Shown here piece by piece: positions 1 through 16,052 of a stretch of DNA of 64,000 bases. This stretch comes from an uncultured Alphaproteobacteria bacterium. Lineage in GTDB: Bacteria; Pseudomonadota; Alphaproteobacteria; Rhizobiales; Aestuariivirgaceae. The notes under the pieces were generated by a model. The model did no database searches. It had not been told where the DNA came from and saw only the letters and a list, made by a program, of their open reading frames with translations. How positions within the stretch are numbered: the stretch's first letter is position 1; each line of letters starts with the position of its first letter. The position numbers were made by a program, and so were the translations under genes. The stretch lies in assembly GCA_963700735.1 (NCBI GenBank), contig CAVOYR010000002.1:34460-98459 (forward strand), given 5' to 3'.

Positions 1-1
1 C

Positions 2-457
2 GTGTCCTCGCCGTGCGCCGGCAAGATCCAGTCCGGAGCCACCACCAGGGCCCAGATGAACGACGCCCCGGCAGACCCGGGCGACCTGTCCGGCTTCGTG
101 CTTGACACCCTCCGGGCCATTGACTGGGACGAGTGGGTCACCGCGCGCTGCGACTTCCCCGAATCGGGCCCGTACGTCACCGCCGGCACCTCGAAAGTGC
201 TCGATGCGCTGGCTGAAGTGCTCGACGCAATCTTCGCCGATGCCTGTGACGATGGTGACGACCTTACCGTTTCGATCTACACCGCCCAGGAAGGCGGCAG
301 CGCCCGCATCACCGTCACCGGCCCGTTCACCGTCTCGCTCGATACCCTGACCCTGATAAAGCGCCATCGCCGCCAGTTCGAGGCCGTCAATGGCGCCCTC
401 TACACCGTGCGCACCCTCGGCACTGCCGGCTTCGAAGCCCTGATTCCCTGCCGCTGA
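2..457 (+). CDS. hypothetical protein, probably 5'-truncated by the window edge
   Basis: Open frame from position 2 to TGA at 455-457 with GC3-rich codon usage; no recognisable family. Confidence 0.5.
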   Translation: MSSPCAGKIQSGATTRAQMNDAPADPGDLSGFVLDTLRAIDWDEWVTARCDFPESGPYVTAGTSKVLDALAEVLDAIFADACDDGDDLTVSIYTAQEGGSARITVTGPFTVSLDTLTLIKRHRRQFEAVNGALYTVRTLGTAGFEALIPCR

Positions 458-637
458 CGCCGCCCCGGACCGGCCTTGCCGGCCCGCTCGGCCGCCCGCT
501 GTGCCATTTCGTCCACATCTAATGCCGCAACGCGACAGCTTGGCCTTTGCAAGCCAGCTTTTCATGGTGTACCCCAACCAGAATTTGCGCCCGCCCACCC
601 GCAGGCATGGGCCGCATCCGCAAAAAAGAAAAACGGC

Positions 638-4032
<3,395 letters not shown>

Positions 4033-4042
<10 letters not shown>

Positions 4043-5750
4043 GCGTCCTGCCGCAGCATCGCCCGCGCCTCGTCGATGGTCGCCGCATAGTCCACCAGCG
4101 GCGGCTTCACGCCGTGGGTTTCCAGCAGCACGCGGGTGTCCGGCGCAATGCCCACCAGCATGAAGCGCACGCCCGACCGGCGCGCCTTCTGCGCTGACGC
4201 CTCGATCACCTGTGCAGCGGTGGAATCGAAGAACGCCACGTTGCTGCAGTCGAGGATGAAGGTGCTGCGCTGGTCGGCAATGCGGTCCAGCACCGATCCC
4301 ACCGTCGATGCCGCGCCGAAGAAGAACGCCCCCGACAGTTCGTAGATCACGGTATCGGGGTCCTTGCCGCGCGCCTGTTCGCCGGCCTTCGCCCCAACCT
4401 CGTCGGCCACGTCATCGGCGGCAAACGGCACGTGCGTCTTCAGCGCGATGGCGCGCCCCATCCGGTCGATGAACAGTATCGCGCCAAGCGCAAACCCCAC
4501 CACGATGCCTTCGGTCAGGTCGCGGAACACCGTCAGCAGCAGCGTCACCAGCAGCACCGCCGCATCGCCCGCGCGATGACTTCAGCAAGCGCAACGATGG
4601 CGTGCTTCTCGACCATGTTCCAGGACACCACCGCCAGCACCCCGCCCAGTGCGGCCAGCGGAATGAAGCTCGCCAGTGGCGCTGCAACCAGCATGAACAG
4701 CGCCAGGAACACCGCGTGCAGCATGCCGGCAACCGGGCCTCGCGCACCGGCACGGACATTGGTCGCCGTGCGCGCAATGGTGCCGGTCACGCACATCCCG
4801 CCAAACAGCCCGGACCCGATGTTGGCAACGCCTTGCGCCACCAGCTCGCAGTTGGACCGGTGCCGACGTCCCGTCATGCCGTCCGCCACCACCGCCGACA
4901 ACAGCGACTCGATGGCCCCGAGCAACGCGAACGACAGTGCGTCGGGCGCCACCGCAATCACCTTGTCCATCGACACGTCCGGCAGGCCCGGAAGCGGCAG
5001 CGTTCTCGGTATGCCGCCGAACAACGACCCTATGGTGTCCACCTGGAGGCCTGCCCCCCAAGCCACCAGCGTAGCCAGCGCCACCGCCATCAGCAGCCCA
5101 GGCCAGCCCGGCCGCCAACGTTTCAGACCCAGGATCACAGCGACTGTCATGACAGCCAACACCACCGCACTTGTGTTGACCGTGCTGGCGGCGGCAGCGA
5201 GCGCCTCCACCTTCTCGACAATGGGTCCCGGCTCGGCGCCGTCCAGCGTCAGCCCCAGCAGGTGCCGCAACTGGCTGGCGAAGATGATCACCCCGATCCC
5301 GGCGGTGAACCCCACCGTCACCGGATAGGGAATGAACTTGATGTAGGTGCCAAGCCGCAGCCAGCCTGCCAGCATCAGCAGCACGCCGGACATCATCGTC
5401 GCCAGCACAAGCCCGTCGACGCCATGCTGCGCGACCGTGGCCGCCACCAGCACGATGAACGCACCCGCCGGCCCGCCAATCTGGAACCGGCTGCCGCCCA
5501 GCAGTGACACCAGGAACCCGCCGACGATGGCCGTGTAGAGACCGCGCTCCGGCCCGATGCCGGAGGCGATTGCGATGGCCATCGACAATGGCAGCGCCAC
5601 GATCGCAACCGTCAGTCCGGCAATCGCATCCGCGCGCAGCCCGCTGAGGCCGTAGCCCTCGCGCAGCACCGTCACCAGCTTGGGAGTGAACAGGTCAGCC
5701 GCCCCGGTATGTCCGCCGGGGATGTCTTTTGCCGGATTGAGGCCCGTCAT
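4033..5750 (-). CDS. SulP family anion permease with C-terminal STAS domain; frameshift near 4560-4580
   Basis: [33 protein letters not shown] motif in the 4545-5792 ORF; TM end and STAS ([15 protein letters not shown]) continue in the 4033-4557 ORF in another frame. Confidence 0.9.
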
Positions 5751-5864
5751 GAAGCGTGTTGCCTGTGCAGGAGTTCTAGTCCACCACAACATCGCCTGCG
5801 ACTGGCACTGTGGGCAAGACCTGTTTGTCGGCTGGTGGCCGCCGGTTCGTTTCTCCGCCCGGCA

Positions 5865-6195
5865 TCATGTGTTGCGGTAACGCATGTCCAGGCGTTGCAG
5901 GTCTGCGGCACGCAATACCGCCGGAGAGAAGTACTCATAGCCATGCGCATAATAGCTGTCCACGACCTGTAGCAGCGCGGCATACTGCGGCATCGCCCAG
6001 TTGATCCGCGCGATAGCCAGCGGCAAGACGGCCCCGGTCAACCCGGCCGTGCCTGAGGAAGTCATCCCATGCCGCGATCGACCCGATCAGGTGAGACGGC
6101 AATCCGGCAGCCTCGATGACCACCCTGTTCGCATCCACGAAGCTCGCCCAGTCGCTGGCCGCGCCGATACGATCCTTTGATCTGCGAAACCCCAT
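5865..6195 (-). CDS. small hypothetical protein, apparently frameshifted near 6000-6050
   Basis: ORF 5935-6195 N-terminus (..SIAAWDDFLRHG) and ORF 5865-6065 C-terminus (..YAALLQVVDSYYAHGYEYFSP..) look like halves of one protein. Confidence 0.45.
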
Positions 6196-6499
6196 GGCGC
6201 ACTCTGAAATTTGTCACCAGTCACCTTCAGGTCCGGTCAGCCTTGCATGCAGCACTTTGCATGTCGACTCCTTCCACATCGCGGAATGGCCGCATCCGGC
6301 CACTGCAACCGTCCGGCACCGACGGCAGTTACATCCCTGTGCCCCCGGAAACTTCTCTTGCGGGATGGTTTTGTTTTGCGCATAGTTGACGAAGCAAAGA
6401 ACATTTCCACACATATCCGAGGCACGGTCTGGCTGGCTTTACGGCTCAGCCATCCGGCATTCTGATACAAACCGAACTCTTGGACGCGGATTTCTGACG

Positions 6500-6976
6500 A
6501 TGGTTGAAAAGGTACCGATGACCGCCGCAGGCCACCAGGCCATGAGCGAAGAAGTGAAGCACCTCAAGTCGGTTGAGCGCCCGCGCATCATCAAGGCCAT
6601 CGAGGAAGCACGCGCCCACGGCGACCTGTCCGAAAACGCCGAATACCATGCCGCCAAGGAAGCACAGGGCTGGAACGAGGCCCGCGTCGCCGAGCTGGAA
6701 GACATGATTTCCCGCGCCGAAGTGATCGACGTGTCCAAGCTGGGCGGCGACACCGTCAAGTTCGGCGCCACCGTCACCGTTGTCGATGAAGACACCGAGA
6801 AGGAAGCCGTCTACCGCATCGTCGGCGAGTTTGAGGCGGACGTCAAATCAGGCAAGCTGTCGATCTCGTCTCCCATCGCCCGCGCCCTCATCGGCAAGTC
6901 TGCCGGTGACAGCGTCGAGGTGATGACACCGGGTGGCGGCAAGAGCTACGAGATCCTCAAGATCGAATACAAGTGA
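6500..6976 (+). CDS. greA: transcription elongation factor GreA
   Basis: [18 protein letters not shown] and [14 protein letters not shown]-type motifs; ATG at 6500. Confidence 0.97.
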   Translation: MVEKVPMTAAGHQAMSEEVKHLKSVERPRIIKAIEEARAHGDLSENAEYHAAKEAQGWNEARVAELEDMISRAEVIDVSKLGGDTVKFGATVTVVDEDTEKEAVYRIVGEFEADVKSGKLSISSPIARALIGKSAGDSVEVMTPGGGKSYEILKIEYK

Positions 6977-6993
6977 TCCCCGTCAGGACCGGC

Positions 6994-7470
6994 TCAGAAA
7001 GATGAGCCGTCCTTGCGCGTGAACACGTACCTGCCATCCGCACCGGCCTGTGCCTTCAGGTCGATGTCCGGATAGTTGACGGTATCGTCGGCAGGCCTGT
7101 CCCCGACCACCAGGAACACCGCATCCGCGTCACCTTCGTTGATGAACGTGTGGGCGTTGCCGGTCCCGGCCGGGAACCCGACGCAGTCTCCCGCCCGCAT
7201 GGTGCGCTTGCCGCCGTTGTGATGCAGCGTCAGTTCACCCGATACAATGTAGACGAACTCTTCCTGGCGGCTGTGTGCGTGGCGCTGCGACGAGCATCCG
7301 CCCGGTTCCACCCGCGTCATCACCACGCCGAACGAGGTCAGCCCTGCATGATCGCCCAATCGCCGGCTGTGGCGCCTGGCGGCCTCGCTGCCCCACGGCT
7401 CCGGATAGCCTGACCTGTTGCTTTCGGGCACATCCGACGGGCGGAACGGTCCGATATCACTTTTCGCCAT
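6994..7470 (-). CDS. cupin domain protein
   Basis: RRLGDHAGLTSFGV, SSQRHAHSRQEEFVYIVSGE, GFPAGTGNAH cupin motifs. Confidence 0.9.
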   Translation of the reverse strand: MAKSDIGPFRPSDVPESNRSGYPEPWGSEAARRHSRRLGDHAGLTSFGVVMTRVEPGGCSSQRHAHSRQEEFVYIVSGELTLHHNGGKRTMRAGDCVGFPAGTGNAHTFINEGDADAVFLVVGDRPADDTVNYPDIDLKAQAGADGRYVFTRKDGSSF

Positions 7471-7494
7471 CTGCTGGCCTCCACTGATTGCTGA

Positions 7495-8601
<1,107 letters not shown>

Positions 8602-8634
8602 CATCTTCCAACCGGTCGTTTCAGGCGAGCTTTC

Positions 8635-9552
8635 ATGCCCTTTACCAACCACAACAACAATTTCGACTGGGACAAGCTGCGCATCTTCCATGCGGTGGCC
8701 GAGGCCGGGTCGTTCACCCATGCCGGTCATGAACTAGGCCTGTCGCAATCGGCCGTCTCGCGACAGATTTCGGCCCTGGAAAGCGAGCTTTCGGTCACCC
8801 TGTTCCACCGCCATGCCCGCGGTCTCATCCTGACCGAACAGGGTGAGATGCTGTACCGCACCGCCCATGACGTGTTCACCAAGCTGGCCAACGCGCGTGC
8901 CCGCCTGACCGACAGCCGCGACAAGCCCACCGGTGACCTGCGCGTATCAACCACCGTTGGGCTGGGCACCATCTGGCTGACGCCACGGCTGCGCGAGTTC
9001 ACCGAACTGTACCCGCAAATCCGCGTCGAGCTGCTGCTCACAGACGAGGAACTCGATCTCGGCATGCGCGAGGCGGACGTCGCCATCCGCCTGCGCCGGC
9101 CAACCCAGCCGGACCTGATCCAGCGCAAGCTCTTCACCGTGCACAACCACGCCTATGCATCGGCAGACTATATCCAGAGCTTCGGCATGCCGCAGTCGCT
9201 CAGCGACCTGGACGGCCACAAGATCCTGGCGTTCGGCCCGGTGCCGAGTTTCCTCGATGACCTGAGCTGGCTTGAGCGCGTTGGACGTGGCGCTGGCGAG
9301 CCCCCACGCGAGTCGTCGTTCCGCATCAACTCGATCTACGGCCTGCGCCGCGCCGTCGAGGCGGGTCTCGGCATCGCCGTGCTGCCCGACTATATCGTCG
9401 GCGATTCCTCGTCGCTGATCAGGGTGCCGCTCAATGAGGATGGACCGGCCATCGACACCTACTTCGTGTACCCGGAAGAAATGCGCAATTCCAAGCGCAT
9501 CGCCGTTTTCCGCGACTTCGTGGTGTCAAAGGCGCGCCAATGGCAGTTTTGA
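8635..9552 (+). CDS. lsrB: LysR family regulator, LsrB/VtlR-like
   Basis: DWDKLRIFHAVAEAGSFTHAG..LSQSAVSRQ HTH; lies directly downstream of trxB, as lsrB/vtlR does in rhizobia. Confidence 0.85.
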   Translation: MPFTNHNNNFDWDKLRIFHAVAEAGSFTHAGHELGLSQSAVSRQISALESELSVTLFHRHARGLILTEQGEMLYRTAHDVFTKLANARARLTDSRDKPTGDLRVSTTVGLGTIWLTPRLREFTELYPQIRVELLLTDEELDLGMREADVAIRLRRPTQPDLIQRKLFTVHNHAYASADYIQSFGMPQSLSDLDGHKILAFGPVPSFLDDLSWLERVGRGAGEPPRESSFRINSIYGLRRAVEAGLGIAVLPDYIVGDSSSLIRVPLNEDGPAIDTYFVYPEEMRNSKRIAVFRDFVVSKARQWQF

Positions 9553-9603
9553 CGTTAACGTCAAGATTTTAACTGATGCCCAAATCCCGGTCAGTCGCCT
9601 GAT

Positions 9604-9618
9604 ATGCAGTCACTGCAT
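9604..9618. promoter_or_regulatory. palindromic LysR-type operator ATGCAGTCACTGCAT (contains T-N11-A)
   Basis: Perfect 7-1-7 inverted repeat 50 bp after the LysR stop, upstream of the sRNA candidate. Confidence 0.55.
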
Positions 9619-9677
9619 GAGCCGCATGACGAATACCCTTATTGCCCAAACTGTCCGCTTTATGGAACGATCATGGG

Positions 9678-9836
9678 TGTCAGCGGCTGTTACTCCCTCA
9701 TACGTTGAAGCCGCCGTCTTGTAGAAATTGCCTGCTGCGCTGAGGCAACGCGTGCGCGGCACCCGGCATCTACAAAGGCACGTGACATACCTGCGGGCCG
9801 GACGCCATCTCCACCCGGGCGTCCGGTCCGATTTTC
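9678..9836 (+). ncRNA. AbcR-like small RNA candidate
   Basis: Hairpin GCGGCT/AGCCGC with a CTCCCTC loop, middle helices CTTGTAGA/TCTACAAAG and TTGCCT/AGGCAA, terminal 13-bp hairpin 9794-9830 with an ATCTCCACCCG loop then ATTTT; synteny with lsrB. Ends approximate. Confidence 0.6.
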
Positions 9837-9865
9837 CTCAACTGAGACAAATTCCAACGTTTACG

Positions 9866-10843
9866 TCAACGGAATAGCTTGGCGCCCAGGCTCTGCTTGT
9901 CGGCATACAGTGACGCCACCTGCTCGCCGTACCCGTTGTACAGCACGGTCGGGATCTTCTCGCCCGTCTCCAGCACGCGTTCTTCCGCCTGGCTCCACCG
10001 GGGGTGGGCAACCTCGGGGTTCACGTTGGCCCAGAAACCGTATTCGTTCGGCCCCAGCGCTTCCCAGAAGCTCGTCGGCTTCTCGCTGACAAAGGACACC
10101 TTTTGGATCGACTTGATCGACTTGAAGCCATACTTCCACGGCAGGTGCAGCCGCAGCGGCGCGCCCATCGACTTGGCCACCGGCTTGCCATAGGCACCCG
10201 TCACCATGAACGCGAGATCGTTCATCGCCTCGTCCATCGTCACTGACTCCGAGTACGGCCACGGATAGCCCGCCCCGAACAGCGGCGCTTTCTGTTCCGG
10301 CGCAATATCGGGGTCGAAGAACGTCTCGAACCGCACGTACTTTGCGTTCGACGTCGGCTTTGCCATATCCACCAGGCTCTTCAGCGTGAACCCGCTCCAG
10401 GGCACCGTCATCGACCACGCTTCCACGCAGCGGTGACGATATACCCGGTCCTCGAGCTGCACCTTCTTCAGCAGCTCGTCCACGTCCATCTTGAACGGCG
10501 TCTCGACCTCGCCGTCGACCGCGATTTCCCACGGCTGCAGTTTCAGCGCCTCTGCCTGGCTGGCAATGCGCTTGGACGTGCCGAACTCGTAGAAGTTGTT
10601 ATAGGTGGTGTTGACGTCTTCCGGCGTGATCGGGCGGCCTGCGTCCTTGTACATCGGGTTGACCGGCGCGGGATAAAGCTTCGCCCAATCCTCGACGCCC
10701 GCCAGTGAGGGCCGGATGCCGGACGCAAGCGCCAGCCCGCCAAACCCGGCGGCGGCGATGAACTTGCGGCGGTTCCAGAACACGTGTTCCGGTGTGGCGT
10801 GCGATTCCGGTATCTGCCAGCTGTGAATCGACTTGATAAGCAT
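9866..10843 (-). CDS. msrP: protein-methionine-sulfoxide reductase catalytic subunit
   Basis: Tat signal NRRKFI, YNNFYEFGTSK, YRHRCVEAWSM, PWKYGFKSIKSI, NEYGFWANVNP. Confidence 0.95.
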   Translation of the reverse strand: MLIKSIHSWQIPESHATPEHVFWNRRKFIAAAGFGGLALASGIRPSLAGVEDWAKLYPAPVNPMYKDAGRPITPEDVNTTYNNFYEFGTSKRIASQAEALKLQPWEIAVDGEVETPFKMDVDELLKKVQLEDRVYRHRCVEAWSMTVPWSGFTLKSLVDMAKPTSNAKYVRFETFFDPDIAPEQKAPLFGAGYPWPYSESVTMDEAMNDLAFMVTGAYGKPVAKSMGAPLRLHLPWKYGFKSIKSIQKVSFVSEKPTSFWEALGPNEYGFWANVNPEVAHPRWSQAEERVLETGEKIPTVLYNGYGEQVASLYADKQSLGAKLFR

Positions 10844-10988
10844 GGGGTGACTCCAGCAAGGGGTGAATTCATGCCGGAACGTGCCCGGCTGTCATGGAAC
10901 CAACGTAGCCCGGCTGGCGAGAGTTTCAAATCACGCCTGCGTCACCTACATCGGCACCCGAGTGCGGTCATCGCCTGCAGGCGCGTAC

Positions 10989-11457
10989 TTACTCGGCCGG
11001 TTCCAGCGACATCGAGGTCACGCCAACTGCCGCATTGAGGCCCGTCTGCACCTGCACGCTCAGCGGCTGCAGCGTCACGTTGTTGCCGCCAACCAGCGCA
11101 TTCGCCCCGGCACCCACGCCTGCGGTCGCCTCGGCAGAACCGCCCGACGTACTCGCCCGCCAGCGCACCGCTGTCCACCACGCCGGGCGCAAACACGCCC
11201 CACATCATGTACGCCTCGCCGGTCACGCCGATATCAAGCCCGAACTTGCGAATGTTGCCGAAGTAGCTTTCCTCGCGTCCCGTGGTCGACTTGTAGAGAC
11301 ACTGCATCTGCTTGTTCGAGGTGATGATCAGGCCGATGCCACCTTCCACCACGCATTCCAGCCGGCCGATGTTGACGCCAGCTCCCTGCGCCTGGGCAGG
11401 AAGGGACGTGCCGGTCAGGGCCAGTGCAAGGGTGGTCAGGGCGAGTGCGTTCTTCAT
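10989..11457 (-). CDS. DUF992 family secreted protein; frameshift near 11150
   Basis: Signal peptide, IGRLECVVEGGIGLIITS..YFGNIRKFGLDIG; C-terminus GVGAGANALVGG..LQPLSVQVQTGLNAAVGV is in a second frame. Confidence 0.85.
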
Positions 11458-11645
11458 CGTGTCCTCCAGGAAAAACATTCAGCCCCGTCGCTGCGCCACA
11501 TCAGATGTCACAGCCGGGGCTAACAGGGTAAGCGCCGTCCCGGGCATTAGGTTCCAGCAATAGCGCGGTTGCCCGGCTGGCACCAATGACAATTCGGCAA
11601 AGATTGTAGCGTCGTGCCTGGCCATACGCCAGCAGGACTCTGCAT

Positions 11646-11659
11646 GCAGATTAATCTGC
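11646..11659. promoter_or_regulatory. perfect palindrome GCAGATTAATCTGC, candidate activator site for the sigma54 promoter
   Basis: 14-bp palindrome about 70-85 bp upstream of the -24 element, with an AT-rich tract in between. Confidence 0.35.
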
Positions 11660-11729
11660 CTGCTCAATGTTGCACCACACCAACCGCTGCAAAGATCACG
11701 TAAATATCTGAAAAATATCAATAAAAATT

Positions 11730-11745
11730 TGGCATGACGCTTGCT
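11730..11745 (+). promoter_or_regulatory. sigma54 (-24/-12) promoter of the Amt gene
   Basis: TGGCATGACGCTTGCT fits GG-N10-GC; AT-rich (IHF-like) tract at 11700-11729. Confidence 0.75.
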
Positions 11746-11827
11746 GGAAGCGTCCTCGGGGGTTGGGCAACGCATCCTGTTGTCCGGCACCGCAAAACAG
11801 GTGGCAACAGATGGGGAGCCCGGGACA

Positions 11828-13156
11828 ATGTCTGAGGAAGTGACAGCCCTTACCGCCAAGCTCGATGCGCTGCAGAAAGCGCATGACATGGCCGGTACGA
11901 TCAACATGGAAATCTTCTACTGGTGGTGCATTGCGCTGATGGTGGCAATTCACGCCGGCTTTCTGGCCTATGAAATGGGTGCCTCGCGCATGAAGAACGT
12001 GCTGGCATCGGGCGTGAAGAACATTCTCGCCTTCGCCTTCATCGTGCCGACAATGTACTTCTTCGGCTGGTGGATCTATGGCGCCATGCCCAACGGCTTC
12101 ATCCCCGTTGCGGCCACGGACTATCTTCCGTGGGACGACAACATGGGCCCGAACCTGACCGACAATGCCACCGGCATCTTCTGGGCGGCGTTCACGCTGT
12201 TCTCGGCCACGACCGCATCGATCTTCTCCGGCGCGGTGCTGGAGCGCATCCGGATGTCCGGCTTCATCATCCTGGCCGTGCTGCTCGGGTCCGTGGTCTG
12301 GATCTGGGCAGCCTCCTGGGGCTGGCACCCGGAAGGCTGGATGCTCAAGCAGCTGGGCTACCATGACGTAGGTGCCGCCGGTGTGGTGCACACCATCGCA
12401 GGCTTCTTCGCGCTTGGCGTCCTGATCAACCTTGGTCCCCGCGTCGGCAAGTTTGCCGCCGATGGCACGCCGCAACCCCTGCTGCCGCACAACATGCCGC
12501 TGACACTGGTGGGCCTGATGCTCATCATTGTCGGGTTCTTCGGCTTCCTCGGCGGCTGCATCATCTACAACAATGGCGGCCAGTGGACCAACATCTACGG
12601 CCAGCAGACCACCCTGTCGGCCTTTGCCTTCAACACGCTGATGGGCTTTGCCGGCGGCATCATCGGTGCCTACTGGAAGACCCGCGATCCGTTCTGGATG
12701 ATGTCCGGCGCGCTCGCGGGTATCTTCGCTGCCGCCGCCGCGCTGGACGTGCTCTACCCGCCGGTGGCCTTTATCGTCGGCATGATCGGCGGCGTCATCG
12801 TGCCGATGGCCGGCAACTGGCTCGAACGCCGCGGCATCGACGATGCCGTTGGTGCCTGGGCAGTGCACGGTGTCGGCGGCTTCTGGGGTGTCCTGGTCGC
12901 GGGCATCTTCGCCTGGGGTTATCCCAACACCGGCGACGCGCCCGCAGTCAGCTTCTTCGGACAGCTTGTAGGGGCCGTGGTGTGTGCAAGCTTCGGCTTC
13001 ATCACCGGCTTCGTGGCGTCCTGGCTGCTCAAGATGGCAAACCTGTTGCGGGTCCCGGACAACATCCAGGTCCTCGGCCTCGACAAGGTCAAGGTGCCGA
13101 GCCAGTCCTACCCGGAATGGAACAGGCCTTCGCCCGCGCCTGCGCCTGCAGAATGA
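11828..13156 (+). CDS. ammonium transporter (Amt family)
   Basis: Multiple TM helices, SIFSGAVLER, twin His in DVGAAGVVH and DDAVGAWAVHG; ATG at 11828. Confidence 0.92.
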   Translation: MSEEVTALTAKLDALQKAHDMAGTINMEIFYWWCIALMVAIHAGFLAYEMGASRMKNVLASGVKNILAFAFIVPTMYFFGWWIYGAMPNGFIPVAATDYLPWDDNMGPNLTDNATGIFWAAFTLFSATTASIFSGAVLERIRMSGFIILAVLLGSVVWIWAASWGWHPEGWMLKQLGYHDVGAAGVVHTIAGFFALGVLINLGPRVGKFAADGTPQPLLPHNMPLTLVGLMLIIVGFFGFLGGCIIYNNGGQWTNIYGQQTTLSAFAFNTLMGFAGGIIGAYWKTRDPFWMMSGALAGIFAAAAALDVLYPPVAFIVGMIGGVIVPMAGNWLERRGIDDAVGAWAVHGVGGFWGVLVAGIFAWGYPNTGDAPAVSFFGQLVGAVVCASFGFITGFVASWLLKMANLLRVPDNIQVLGLDKVKVPSQSYPEWNRPSPAPAPAE

Positions 13157-13192
13157 TCCTCACACGCAACTTCAACCTGAAAGGAACGAGAC

Positions 13193-13357
13193 ATGGGAAG
13201 TCCAATTGACAAGTGGGAAGGCGCCGCCGCCGTGTTTACCGGTGCGACGAGTTCTTTCTCGATCGGGCTGTTTCTGGCCATCGCCGTCGTGTTGACACTG
13301 GCACCGGTGATCCACGCGGCGCGGCACGAAACCCACATCTTCAAGAAGCACTCCTGA
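13193..13357 (+). CDS. 54-aa single-pass membrane protein (below the ORF-track cutoff)
   Basis: AAGGAA RBS, then MGSPIDKWEGAAAVFTGATSSFSIGLFLAIAVVLTLAPVIHAARHETHIFKKHS*; 36 nt after the Amt stop. Confidence 0.75.
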   Translation: MGSPIDKWEGAAAVFTGATSSFSIGLFLAIAVVLTLAPVIHAARHETHIFKKHS

Positions 13358-13444
13358 CCCGCCGGGTCGTGAGCCTCCAGGACTGCTTGCAAGGCATGGC
13401 CCGGACCTGACATTCAGGCCCGGGTCAGGGAATTTTCAGACTGC

Positions 13445-14719
<1,275 letters not shown>

Positions 14720-14766
14720 CTACTGCAAGGGCTAAGTCGGTTTATGGTCAGGCTGGAGCACCACAG

Positions 14767-15924
14767 TTGCGCATCATTGTTGCAGGAGCAGGCATTGCAG
14801 GGCTGGCGTCAGCCATTGCGCTCGCCAATGCCGGCCACGAGGTCACGGTTCACGAACAGGCCCAGCGTATCGAGCCGGTCGGGGCAGGCCTGCAACTGGG
14901 GCCGAACGCGGTGCGCGCCCTCACTTCGCTCGGCGCCTGGGACCGCATGGATGCCACCGCCTGCGCGCCCTCTGCCGTCCACCTGCACGACGCCACAACC
15001 GGCCGCACCCGCACCCGCATGCCGCTGGGCGATGCGTTTGCCTCGCGCTTTGGCGCGCCGTATCGTGTCGCCCATCGCGGTGACCTTGTGGCCGCCCTGC
15101 AAGACACCGCCGCCGGAAATGACCGCATCGAGGTGATCACCGGCCAGCGCCTGTCGGGCCTCGACCTGTCTGATCCACTCCACCCGGCCGTCACCTTCAA
15201 CGGCAAAACCATCACCTGCGACCTCGCCATCGGCGCAGATGGCGTGCGCTCCACCATGCGCCGCACCATTGCCCCCGCCGTGCAGCCGCGCATTACCGGC
15301 GATGTGCTCTACCGCGCCATGTGCCCGGTCACCTCGCTGCCAGACGGACTGGACCCCGGCGAAGTACACATGTGGCTGGGCGCAGGCGCCCATGCCGTCG
15401 GCTACACAGTCTCGGGCGGCAAGCGGTTCAACATCGTCGTGTCTGTTGCCGGCGGCTCCCCTGTCGAGGGCTGGAATGCACTGGCCACCCGCGAGCAGGT
15501 GATGGCTGCCTTCCCCGCCCCATGCCCGCAATTGCGCGAACTCCTGTCTACCCCCGCCAACTGGCTGTCGTGGACCGCGGCTGACATCGAACCCTTCGCC
15601 GGCTGGAGCAGCGGCCATACCGTGCTGGTGGGCGATGCCGCCCACGCTACCCTGCCTCACCTCGCGCAAGGTGCCGCCATGGCCCTTGAGGACGCCGTCG
15701 CGCTGGCCCACGAGATCGGTGACGGCACCGGAGACATCCTCGCGGCCCTTGCCCGGTTCGAGGCCGCCCGGCACGCCCGCACCAGCCGTATCATCATCGG
15801 CTCCCGCAACCAGGGCCGGATGTTCAAGATGAATGGCCCGGCCGCCGTTGCCCGCAACCTCGCCATGCGGCTGCTGCCGGCGCGCCAAAAGCTCGACCGA
15901 CTCGCCTGGATCTACGAGGGCTGA
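14767..15924 (+). CDS. FAD-dependent monooxygenase (salicylate hydroxylase-like)
   Basis: GAGIAG Rossmann motif, IGADGVRS, GDAAHATLPHLAQGAAMALEDA; TTG start. Confidence 0.9.
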   Translation: MRIIVAGAGIAGLASAIALANAGHEVTVHEQAQRIEPVGAGLQLGPNAVRALTSLGAWDRMDATACAPSAVHLHDATTGRTRTRMPLGDAFASRFGAPYRVAHRGDLVAALQDTAAGNDRIEVITGQRLSGLDLSDPLHPAVTFNGKTITCDLAIGADGVRSTMRRTIAPAVQPRITGDVLYRAMCPVTSLPDGLDPGEVHMWLGAGAHAVGYTVSGGKRFNIVVSVAGGSPVEGWNALATREQVMAAFPAPCPQLRELLSTPANWLSWTAADIEPFAGWSSGHTVLVGDAAHATLPHLAQGAAMALEDAVALAHEIGDGTGDILAALARFEAARHARTSRIIIGSRNQGRMFKMNGPAAVARNLAMRLLPARQKLDRLAWIYEG

Positions 15925-16052
15925 GTTTGCCTGCCATTTTCCGTAAATTTGCAGCGATTTCATACAGCTCCAGTTAACCGGTATTGTTCCGCATTTTCTA
16001 ATATCTCCCTGACATTCTCCTGCCCCAGGGGCAAAACATGGGAGGATATGTC

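Noticed and set aside
476-637. N-terminal extension of CarB in the ORF track
   Set aside because: The conserved MPKRTD start is at 638. Upstream extensions were similarly trimmed for greA, amt, rlmJ, dodecin, csp and others.
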